DNA of 64,000 nucleotides, taken from a virus (taxonomy: Duplodnaviria; Caudoviricetes). The notes beneath the pieces were generated by a model. It had not been told where the DNA came from. It made no database searches and worked only from the letters and a program-made list of their open reading frames with translations. The DNA lies in the IMG/VR virus record IMGVR_UViG_3300010283_000006, positions 4,007 through 68,006 of that record; one strand, given 5' to 3'. This document shows, piece by piece, positions 19,665 to 28,217 of the stretch. Numbering within the stretch: the stretch's first letter is position 1; the number at the start of each line of letters is the position of its first letter. A program made the position numbers and the translations under genes.

Positions 19665-19936
19665 ATTGCCTTCAACTCCGTAAATACAGCTTTATTTTTA
19701 TCAGTAACATAAAAATCAGCGCAAATTTTAGCAGGTGTATAGCAATTTACTTTTTTGTTACTCAATCCATAACAAGCGTATTCCTGCGACGTGCCGTGTA
19801 TAACCTTATAACACTTGCTAACTACATCACGCATTAATACAATAATGTTATATACGCTGTTGCCGTTGGTAGTAGTGCGCTTGTATTCGCAGGAGATAAG
19901 CAAACAAGTTATATTTGTATATCTCTCTTTAACCAT
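19661..19936 (-). CDS. Early hypothetical protein
   Basis: AAGGAG 9 nt before MVKERYT. Confidence 0.55.
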   Translation of the reverse strand: MVKERYTNITCLLISCEYKRTTTNGNSVYNIIVLMRDVVSKCYKVIHGTSQEYACYGLSNKKVNCYTPAKICADFYVTDKNKAVFTELKAI

Positions 19937-19952
19937 TTTCCCATACTCCTTA

Positions 19953-20294
19953 TTAGCTATATTGACTACGCAAAAAATCACTTTTTGTATAGTGCAGGTT
20001 ATTTACAAAAAAGTCAACATCTACTTCCTTAATATGCTTTTCATCATAAGCTTGTTTAATATAGCCTTGTTGCCGTGACGTGGTACGGCTGTATTTAGCA
20101 GTTGACAAGTAGCAAGTATAATTCTTATCGTCAATAACTACTACTGCAATGATTGTATTATAGCTATAAATATTGTAGTACACTTTATTATTATTTAAAG
20201 TCTTAATACTATTAATTTTTGCAGTCATAGTATTTATAGAAAATTCCTTAAATTCTTGCAAGTGCGCTTTTAAGTCTTTATAAGTTTTACCCAT
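19953..20294 (-). CDS. Early hypothetical protein
   Basis: IYSYNTIIA...KYSRTTSRQQ motif common in phage early genes; AAGGAG RBS. Confidence 0.65.
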   Translation of the reverse strand: MGKTYKDLKAHLQEFKEFSINTMTAKINSIKTLNNNKVYYNIYSYNTIIAVVVIDDKNYTCYLSTAKYSRTTSRQQGYIKQAYDEKHIKEVDVDFFVNNLHYTKSDFLRSQYS

Positions 20295-20310
20295 AATATA
20301 ATTACTCTCC

Positions 20311-20652
20311 TTATTCTACTATTTTATACAGTAGTTGCTTGCGTTCTGTAATAACCGCTAGCAAACAACCTAATTTATAAGTACAATTATTTTTTAGATA
20401 ACAAGCGGTAATATCATAGCCGCCTACTTCGTGCTTATATTCCCTTTTAAAATAATCTTTACCAACTTTAATAACTTTACCGATATTAATATAATTACTA
20501 TCGATTAAAGCATATTCTTTATTTAATTTAGGGATATATTTTTTATACCGTTCTTCTCCGTGGCTACTGCATACCATAAAAGCAAGAGTTTTTCCTTTGA
20601 TGAGCTTTAAAAATTCGCTATGACTTATTTTTTGCATTTTAATAAATTCCAT
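20311..20652 (-). CDS. Early hypothetical protein
   Basis: AGGCGG RBS. Confidence 0.55.
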   Translation of the reverse strand: MEFIKMQKISHSEFLKLIKGKTLAFMVCSSHGEERYKKYIPKLNKEYALIDSNYINIGKVIKVGKDYFKREYKHEVGGYDITACYLKNNCTYKLGCLLAVITERKQLLYKIVE

Positions 20653-20743
20653 ATAATACACCGCCTTTTAAATTATTTACTTACAATTATATAAGTATTT
20701 CAACGCACTATATAAATATAGTACGCTGAATAAATACATAATA

Positions 20744-21004
20744 TTATTTCAAAATACTTTTAAGGAAGTCAATTTGTACAGCGTCAAATTTTTGACTATC
20801 TCTACATACTTCAATAACCTTATCAATAAAAGTTGCTTTATCGCATTGCAGGATATTTTCCGTGACTTCCTGCACTCTTAAAATATCGTTTTTATCTGTT
20901 ACCATAGTAGCAAGTTGATTATTAGCACTCCTTGCACCTTCTGCAAAAAGATATTGCTTTTTAACATCTCCATTAGTAATAATAATAGCTTCATAGATTT
21001 TCAT
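20744..21004 (-). CDS. Early hypothetical protein
   Basis: AAGGAG RBS. Confidence 0.55.
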   Translation of the reverse strand: MKIYEAIIITNGDVKKQYLFAEGARSANNQLATMVTDKNDILRVQEVTENILQCDKATFIDKVIEVCRDSQKFDAVQIDFLKSILK

Positions 21005-21034
21005 AATAAAATACACTCCTTTTAAATAATTAAT

Positions 21035-21268
21035 TTATTTACACCAATATTCAACAGTCATATACCTATTACTGTTATAGTTGGGTAATAACCACTTATA
21101 GCCTTCTCCGTATATGCCTTTATAAGGTTCTAAACTTCCTGCCGTTTTTCTGCTAATATAGCCACGTGCTAGGCTAGTTTTTTGCAGCTTATAGCCTTTA
21201 GCCGTTAAAGTCTTTTCAACTTCTTTCGCATTTTCTTTGATGATAACGCCTAACTTTTCAAAATTCAT
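21035..21268 (-). CDS. Early hypothetical protein
   Basis: MNFEKLG start coupled to the upstream stop; LARGYISRK motif. Confidence 0.6.
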   Translation of the reverse strand: MNFEKLGVIIKENAKEVEKTLTAKGYKLQKTSLARGYISRKTAGSLEPYKGIYGEGYKWLLPNYNSNRYMTVEYWCK

Positions 21269-21618
21269 ATTTGTTTTTTCCCTTTTTGTGCTATATCGTG
21301 CGCTAACTTTTCCCATAACTCATGTAATTTATCAATAGGAGTAGTAGCAGTATTGTTGTAAAATTTTCGTGCTACTTCTTCGTAGCTGTGTGTAAACTCA
21401 TAGTTTAAACGCAAATTACCAAAAGGAGCATATCCAGTTACAATACAAATACTAGGCGTAATTTCGTATACATCTGCACCCCAACCTTCCATACGTTCTG
21501 TGTGTCCTACTTTTTTTGCTTGTAATAATGTATAGTACAAATCACAGTAACCGCAGTAAGCTATAATTGCATAGTCTTCTTTAATTTGTTTTTTTGTTAA
21601 ACGTGGGTTGATACTCAT
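21265..21618 (-). CDS. First gene of the leftward early operon, hypothetical
   Basis: AAAAGGAG RBS; GYCDLY..L...GWGADVY...IVTGYAPFG typical phage early family. Confidence 0.65.
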   Translation of the reverse strand: MSINPRLTKKQIKEDYAIIAYCGYCDLYYTLLQAKKVGHTERMEGWGADVYEITPSICIVTGYAPFGNLRLNYEFTHSYEEVARKFYNNTATTPIDKLHELWEKLAHDIAQKGKKQI

Positions 21619-21868
21619 TTTCTTTTTTTCTCCTTTTTTGTGTTTGTTTTAAGCAGTAATTTTACTACTACACTAACACACAAATTTAATTGTATGCTAG
21701 TATTAAGTAAAATTTTCGTTTTTATCTAAACTATAACTTCTTGTTTCATAAATTTCTAACAAGATAGAAAATATAAAAATTCTTTTTTTATCTGCCGTTT
21801 ATATTCGGCAGAAGTGCGGAACAGTCTTTTATTCCCTGCTATAAAGTGTTTATAGCCTTCTTTTAAAT

Positions 21869-22130
21869 GCTTACTTCTATGAGCTGTTTCAACATTTAAT
21901 AACTTAAAAGATTGATACATTATGTTATTTTTTGGTTACTTCTATGAGCTGTTTCACCGCATGGAATATTATAATTCGCTTACTTCTATGAGCTGTTTCA
22001 GCGTTCCTAACATATATTCTTCTATATAGGCTTACTTCTATGAGCTGTTTCAGCCTGATATAAGCTAACTACATTTTTAATCATTAGCAAGCTATATATT
22101 ATATATCGGTTACTTCTATGAGCTGTTTCA
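21869..22130 (-). repeat. Array of five 23-nt repeats G(C/G)TTACTTCTATGAGCTGTTTCA, irregularly spaced (hairpin array)
   Basis: Copies at 21869-21891, 21934-21956, 21978-22000, 22030-22052, 22108-22130; gaps 42, 21, 29, 55 nt. Confidence 0.95.
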
Positions 22131-22240
22131 CCGCTATATACTATATAACTGATATTTATTTTCAATGTACAAATACGCTAGGGAAACAAGCAAATCCGCT
22201 TATCGGATTGTAACTATTCTTTTTCCCTTTCATTGTATAT

Positions 22241-22269
22241 ATTATACTACGATTTTATGATAATTGCAA
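22241..22269 (-). promoter_or_regulatory. Sigma70/A-type promoter driving the hairpin array and leftward early genes
   Basis: Minus strand TTGCAA-17 nt-TATAAT. Confidence 0.75.
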
Positions 22270-23425
22270 GCGTTTTTATAGCTTTTTCTAAAAAAATCTT
22301 ATAAAAATCTATGGAAAATAGAATACAAGAATATTCAGTTTATTTGAAAATCCGCTTCAAAACGTCATATTTAGCTTGTACGGCAATGAAGCTTTTACGC
22401 ATATAATTATATTCAAAAATTTTTTTCGTTGAATATGAACCAAAATAACAAGCGGCTTTTTAACAGTGTATTTTGGTATAAGTAGGGAAGTACGCATAAA
22501 TTTATAAAATAGCGTGGCAAGGCTGTAAAAGTGTGTAGTAGTCTAATATTGCAATTTTATAAAATAGTTGCGTTTATCCGCATTTCATACTATTATGTAT
22601 GGTAGTTGTTGGCTATGAAATACATAATATTTACCGGGTACAATAGTTATTATTCATCAATATATTACACAATATAATAATAGTTATTGATAAGAGTAGC
22701 TATAATGTAATGGGTTATGGTTGTTGATTGATAATACACATTCAGTCTAAATTTGATTAAGTAATAATTATTATTCATACAATGCAACAAAATAGACAAG
22801 GCTATATAGTGTATACTAATAAAAATACAGTGTACACTACTGCATACACCATGTTTACTGCATTTTCCCATGTACAGTTAAACATAGCTTATTGATTGTA
22901 TTAGTTAGCATGAGTTAACATAACTTGTCAATCAGATATAGTATTATATATATGATTATATCGTGAATATAGTTAGATAAAGCTAACTGAAAAGACAATA
23001 TAATTGTAGTTATATTGTTGTTACAAGGCTTTTCCCCGTGTAGGTTATAATTCATAGCGTGGCGGTATGTTTTTCCAGACCTGAAAATTCTGAAAATTCA
23101 GTATAAACGCGGTGAAATTCAAACAAATTCTGTCTATATCTTTACATTTTTAGTCAATCTCATTCAACAAAACAATATGTTTACACTTTTTATATAATTA
23201 TTACAAATATAAATCACATTTATACAAATATAATATTTATCTTGTCAATGTTAGCAACTGATATAACACTACCTATGGTATCTACAATTTAACCAAAAAG
23301 GGTGTATCAGGTACTATATAATGAAGAAAAATTTTTATATATTGATGAAAATATCGAAAATCACTGGAAATCTAACAGTAAACCAGTGTTATGCAAAATA
23401 AAATCCGAAAATCCGTAAATAGTGA

Positions 23426-23454
23426 TTGACAACCATATATAAAAGTGATATACT
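23426..23454 (+). promoter_or_regulatory. Strong sigma70/A-type promoter
   Basis: TTGACA-17 nt-TATACT, 30 nt before an AAGGAG-led ORF. Confidence 0.85.
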
Positions 23455-23484
23455 ATACTTAACAAAAGAAAGGAGCTACTGTAT

Positions 23485-23715
23485 ATGAGAAAAATGGAAA
23501 TCTATAAAATCGCACTCAATAATTTAACAGATAAAGAATACAGACTGCTGGAGCTTTATCTTATCGAACTGGGATATTACTATGGTGATGATGATAAGAC
23601 AGTAGAGTGGGTACAGAAATCAGACTTAAAGAAAATCAAGCAGTTTGTTAGAAATCTTGATAATGCTACTATCGAAATCTTAGATACTAGAATTGTTGAT
23701 TTTGTTAAGGAGTGA
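23485..23715 (+). CDS. Small early protein (paralog of 23940-24149)
   Basis: YKIALNNLTDKEYRLLELYL; AAGGAG RBS. Confidence 0.7.
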   Translation: MRKMEIYKIALNNLTDKEYRLLELYLIELGYYYGDDDKTVEWVQKSDLKKIKQFVRNLDNATIEILDTRIVDFVKE

Positions 23716-23719
23716 TAAT

Positions 23720-23866
23720 ATGCCAAAACTAACCAAAGCAGAGTTTATTGAAATGTTTGAAATCGCATGGAGCAGTACCTGTCAGAGTAATTTCTCATAC
23801 ATTGAAGAAGTTGGAGCTGAACAAGCTCTACAAGATGAATGGGACAGTATGATGGATGGCTTGTAA
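23720..23866 (+). CDS. Small acidic early protein (48 aa, not in ORF track)
   Basis: AAGGAG RBS; MPKLTKAEFIEMFEIAW...DEWDSMMDGL. Confidence 0.65.
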   Translation: MPKLTKAEFIEMFEIAWSSTCQSNFSYIEEVGAEQALQDEWDSMMDGL

Positions 23867-23939
23867 GAAGATTATACCTTTAAACCTTTCAAATTGACTG
23901 CCAGTGAAAAGCGTAAATACATGAAAGTGGTAGAAGAAT

Positions 23940-24149
23940 ATGAATAATAAAGAATATAAAATCATAATCAGTAATATCACCATTGATGAACGAAAGCTTA
24001 TTGATATGTACCTAGATGGATTTGATGTTGATGTAATCGACGATGAAGATTATACAATCATATATCAAGATGGTGTAGATGTAGCTTTAATCAATCAATA
24101 CATAGACAGATTAAGCAAAATCGTTGAAATCCATATTGAACGAGAATGA
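23940..24149 (+). CDS. Small acidic early protein
   Basis: YKIIISNITIDERKLIDMYL...DVDVIDDED. Confidence 0.65.
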   Translation: MNNKEYKIIISNITIDERKLIDMYLDGFDVDVIDDEDYTIIYQDGVDVALINQYIDRLSKIVEIHIERE

Positions 24150-24159
24150 GAGGTGTATT

Positions 24160-24357
24160 ATGAAGAACGCAGTAGAACAAGCTAAAACATTAGCTAAGAG
24201 AATGACTGAACTTGAAAATAAATCATGGAAAGGTGAAAAGCTGACAGACGATGAAAAGATTGAATTAGATAATCTTGATACAAAGGTAGCTGAAATTGCA
24301 AACAAGAATAATGTGAATTTCTATCAGCTCCGTATTAAATGTGATGAAACCAATTAA
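24160..24357 (+). CDS. Small helical early protein
   Basis: GAGGTG RBS before MKNAVEQ. Confidence 0.65.
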   Translation: MKNAVEQAKTLAKRMTELENKSWKGEKLTDDEKIELDNLDTKVAEIANKNNVNFYQLRIKCDETN

Positions 24358-24384
24358 TCAAACAACTATCAGAAATTCATTATC

Positions 24385-24415
24385 AAGCACTGGCTTAATT
24401 GCTGGTGCTTATTTT
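24385..24415 (+). terminator. Intrinsic terminator
   Basis: AAGCACTGGC-ttaatt-GCTGGTGCTT then T-rich tail. Confidence 0.75.
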
Positions 24416-25698
24416 ATTTTGTGTTCTGAAACTACTAGCCTATAGATTATACCTGTACTGCTTTAAAAAGCTAAGTATTTTTTATTCACAATTTTGCCAT
24501 AATCAACCATAGTAACCATTATACTTTTACCCATATAGATTAAGCCTTAATTGATTTTTCGTGTCAGAATTGATGTTTGCGATATACTCTCTAATTAGTC
24601 AGTGACACAGATTATCATAGTCAGCAGGAAAGCGGAACTATACTTATTATCATACTCTTAACTAGCTTTTTCTTGAACAGGAAAGGTAGTTGTCTTATTA
24701 GTATTAAGCTATAACTCATTAACCAGTTAATACTCTATCAGAAAGTTAGTAAGCTATATACTACTATAAGCTACAAACCGACTAACTTTCCCTGATTAAT
24801 TCTTAGAAATTCGTTTGCCAGTTATTCTTGCGTAAGCGTTGACACATACACCTCTATGCAATCATGTGTGTTTGACGATAATCATAAAACAATAACATAA
24901 TAAACAGGGATAATATATCTATGTAAGCTAAAACTGTTATCGTGAGTTAAACACCATGATTATTGATGATTTATCAGCAACTTTACCAGTAAATAGCTCA
25001 ATTTCTATCAGAATGTGACTTAATTTGTGAAATCTTTGTAAAATCTTCTAATTTAGGGTTTCAAAAATCTCTCTGTGTGCCTATATTATGTAAGGTTAAA
25101 CACTTACAAAGCTAGTAACTCTATATATTACAAGATTACGAACGTAGTGAGTAATCGCAGTAATATATCAAAGAATTAATAAGTAACTTTTGAGTTTAGA
25201 AATCAATCGAAACTTTAATGTGAGATTGATTGATTAAACGAAAAATGTTACGCTAATATTACTTAGCTAAAGTTAAGTTAAAGCCAGTATATAGTTAGTG
25301 ATTAAAATATAGTTTGTCAAAACATATACAGGTTAAAACTTCGTTAGCAGAAATCCCTTTTTGTATACTTTTATAGATGATAGATTTTAAAGAACAAATG
25401 ATGGTTTAGAATAGTCTTGATGTACTATTATGATTGTATAAGAGCTATACAAAGAGTAAGACATAAAACTAGGCTACAAAGTTTACGCTGTTCTGATAGC
25501 GGTTTAGAGTAGTCCTGATTTAGATTTGCTAGTAATAAATATAGTAAACATAGTGGTAAGTTTGTAATATCGAGAATGTAGCCTATTCTTGATTGAGTTT
25601 ATAACCACTAAATATTGAAGTTAATAGCTATAACTTGTGCTTAGAGGGTTAGATTACCTGACAAGGAATTTCGCTAAAGTTATGGCTATTAATGATAT

Positions 25699-25774
25699 GC
25701 TGATATAGCTCAACTGGTAGAGCAAGTCACTTGTAATGACTAGGTTGTGGGTTCAAGTCCTACTATCAGCTCCA
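25699..25774 (+). tRNA. tRNA-Thr(UGU)
   Basis: 76-nt cloverleaf: GCTGATA/TATCAGC acceptor, AGTCA-CT TGT AA-TGACT anticodon arm, GTTCAAGTC T-loop, encoded CCA. Confidence 0.95.
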
Positions 25775-25782
25775 ACTGATTT

Positions 25783-26222
25783 TATCGTATAAGCTGATAC
25801 TTGTAAAAGATTAGACTTATAACGATTAAAGCAATGCAGATAATTAGTGGAGCAATCTGTACGCAGACCTCTACGATAGCATTGCAATAAATTTAGATTT
25901 GATTGTACAGGCAAAGAACCTAACCATAACCTAGTGTTATGTCATTAGAGCAATAAGACCTGTTGAGCGGTAGCGTAAAAAGTAATCTCCTATTATTAGG
26001 TTGCTACTTGCAAAAGAGTATTGATAGGCAAAGTACCCAACGATTAGCTTAATGCTATGGTTAGAGTTATTGGAGCAATAAGACCTATCTAAATAGTGAC
26101 GTAAAATATATATATTCCGTTCAGGTTGTCACTTTTGATAATATGGCGTAATTGATGTAAGTCATTGTATTAGTTCCAGTAGACGCATTAGTTTTCCTGA
26201 AAGTCGAGAAACTTATACGATA
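25783..26222 (+). ncRNA. Large multi-domain structured RNA (family unassigned; ROOL/GOLLD-like context)
   Basis: 11-bp closing helix 25783-25793/26212-26222, two duplicated covarying modules, no ORF, between tRNA and terminator. Confidence 0.7.
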
Positions 26223-26286
26223 CATATACACCCTTGTTTAGTGATGGAAATAGCTATTTCAAGTTGCCAATAAATAAATTAACTTT

Positions 26287-26321
26287 AAGAGCGTTAGCTG
26301 ATAAAGCTGGCGTTCTTTTTT
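26287..26321 (+). terminator. Intrinsic terminator
   Basis: AAGAGCGTTAGCT-gataa-AGCTGGCGTTCTT plus T-run. Confidence 0.8.
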
Positions 26322-26345
26322 ATTTTAACCAAAAAGGAGAATTTT

Positions 26346-26531
26346 ATGATTACTGATTTAATTAATGTACTTATCTATGCACTTTCAACATTTTTAACAG
26401 GGACTGCTTATTTTGCTATCTTTTTCTTTTGGTGTGCTGTAATTTCGTATTACTTGCGCAAACAGGGTTATGTTATAGGAGTTGAAGAAGTAGATGCTGA
26501 AAGCTCTGAAGAAGAAAAGACCGAAAAATAA
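26346..26531 (+). CDS. Small membrane protein
   Basis: Hydrophobic N-terminal half, acidic tail, AAGGAG RBS. Confidence 0.6.
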   Translation: MITDLINVLIYALSTFLTGTAYFAIFFFWCAVISYYLRKQGYVIGVEEVDAESSEEEKTEK

Positions 26532-26621
26532 AGTCAAGAACAAAAAGATTTATCAAGTCAACAACTTGAACAGCAAAGAAGCAAAGAAAGATATTCTTGA
26601 TTTTAAAAAAGGTAGATATTA

Positions 26622-28202
26622 ATGGCTGTAAAGTCAAAGTTTGATGTTCTAAGTATATTAGAAGATTTAGAGCAAGACAACGAAAATGTTGTAAGTGAAG
26701 AAATTATAGAAGAATGTAGGTGTAACCTGGAGTTATTTGGTAAAACATTCTTCCCTAGAATATTCACTGGTGACTTCTGTGATTTTCATAGAGAAGTGTT
26801 TAAGTCACTAGAGGATTATGTAATTAACAAGTTAGACGAAAAATACTATTATGTTCGAGCCGCTCCACGTGGACATGGTAAAAGTCAGATATTATCTTTT
26901 TTGTTTCCGATATGGTGTATTTGCTATGGTTACGCAAAAAACATCTTAATCGTGTCAGACAGTAGCGAACAGGCTATGCAGTTTATAATGGCTATTCGTG
27001 ATGAGTTAGAAGATAACGAAACTTTAAGATTGGCTTATGGTGATATGGTTGGTAATCGAGTATGGGCAAATGCAAAGATACAAACAATCAATAAAGTACA
27101 GATAGTTGGTAAAGGTGCTGGACAGAAATTACGTGGTATTAAATATGGACATTATCGTCCTGATGTAATTATCGTAGATGATTTAGAGAATGATGAAGCA
27201 GTAGAAACTGAAGCACAAAGACAGAAACTTTTGAACTGGTTTCAGAAAGCTTTAATTCCTTGTGGTAGTACAACTGAAAAAATCATCTATATTGGTACTG
27301 TACTGAACTATGAATCTTTGTTGAACAGATTACTGACAAGTCCTGAATATGCTATGTGGGACAGAAAGCGTTATCAAGCTGTAATTAAGTTTTCTGATAG
27401 TGCTAAATGGGAACAATGGGAAGAAATTCTTAAATCTGATGATATTGAAAGACCAGCCGAAGAAGCTAAAGCTTTCTTTGATAAAAACAAAAAGTCTATG
27501 CTTGCTGGAACACAAGTATTATGGAAAGATAAGCAACCTGATTACTACTATGACTTAATGTTGATGCGAGTAATGAATCCTGATGCTTTCGACAGTGAAT
27601 ATCAGAATGACCCGGTAAGTGAAAATCAGAGAACATTTAAAGAAGAATGGTTTCAATACTGGGAGATTTTACCTGAAATCAAACAGATATATATTGCTGT
27701 TGACCCTAGCTTAGCTAAAACAACAAAGAGTGATAGAAGCGCAATAGTTACTATTGGCAGAGGTAAAGACAATTTTCTGTATGTTATTGAAGCTGATATT
27801 AAAAGGCGTAAACCTGATAAGATTATCGACGATTTAATTAGTAAGTGCATAACATATCAAGACAAGCTGGTTAAGGTTGGTATTGAAACAATTCAGTTTC
27901 AGTATTTCTTTGCACAGGAATGTGGCAGACGAGCATTAGCACAGAATATAGCATTGCCTATTGAGCCTTTACAGAATATGTCTGACAAAGAGTTAAGAAT
28001 TAAAGGGTTAGTTCCTTTGATTAAAAATGGTTATATTAAGTTCAATAGAAATCAGAAGTTGCTTTTAGATGAACTTAGACGTTTTCCTAAAGGTTCTGAT
28101 GATGGTATGGACGCTTTAAAATCTGCTACTGATTTAGTATTCCCTAATGGTAAAAACATTCCGATGGGTTTCTGTTTTGGCAGTTTGAATAATTTACGAT
28201 AG
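26622..28202 (+). CDS. terL: Terminase large subunit
   Basis: APRGHGKS Walker A, IIVDDLEN Walker B, IAVDPS nuclease, DDGMDAL C-terminus. Confidence 0.95.
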   Translation: MAVKSKFDVLSILEDLEQDNENVVSEEIIEECRCNLELFGKTFFPRIFTGDFCDFHREVFKSLEDYVINKLDEKYYYVRAAPRGHGKSQILSFLFPIWCICYGYAKNILIVSDSSEQAMQFIMAIRDELEDNETLRLAYGDMVGNRVWANAKIQTINKVQIVGKGAGQKLRGIKYGHYRPDVIIVDDLENDEAVETEAQRQKLLNWFQKALIPCGSTTEKIIYIGTVLNYESLLNRLLTSPEYAMWDRKRYQAVIKFSDSAKWEQWEEILKSDDIERPAEEAKAFFDKNKKSMLAGTQVLWKDKQPDYYYDLMLMRVMNPDAFDSEYQNDPVSENQRTFKEEWFQYWEILPEIKQIYIAVDPSLAKTTKSDRSAIVTIGRGKDNFLYVIEADIKRRKPDKIIDDLISKCITYQDKLVKVGIETIQFQYFFAQECGRRALAQNIALPIEPLQNMSDKELRIKGLVPLIKNGYIKFNRNQKLLLDELRRFPKGSDDGMDALKSATDLVFPNGKNIPMGFCFGSLNNLR

Positions 28203-28217
28203 CAAGGTGGTGATAAG

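Noticed and set aside
21869-22130. CRISPR array
   Set aside because: Gaps are 21-55 nt and very uneven, flanks pair with each other across the repeat, and no cas operon is present. The Cas4-like gene is 19 kb away in the replication module, typical of solo phage exonucleases.
21869-22130. Replication iterons or hammerhead ribozymes
   Set aside because: Spacing is not helically phased and stem covariation with a G-U pair points to RNA. GAAAC...GUA is present but the CUGANGA core is not.
22665-22871. 68-aa ORF in the divergent early intergenic region
   Set aside because: No RBS, atypical composition, lies in AT-rich regulatory DNA.
25905-26040. c-di-GMP-I or SAM riboswitch (GGCAAA...)
   Set aside because: Only short motif similarity; modules are duplicated inside a larger closed domain ending in a terminator rather than forming one aptamer.
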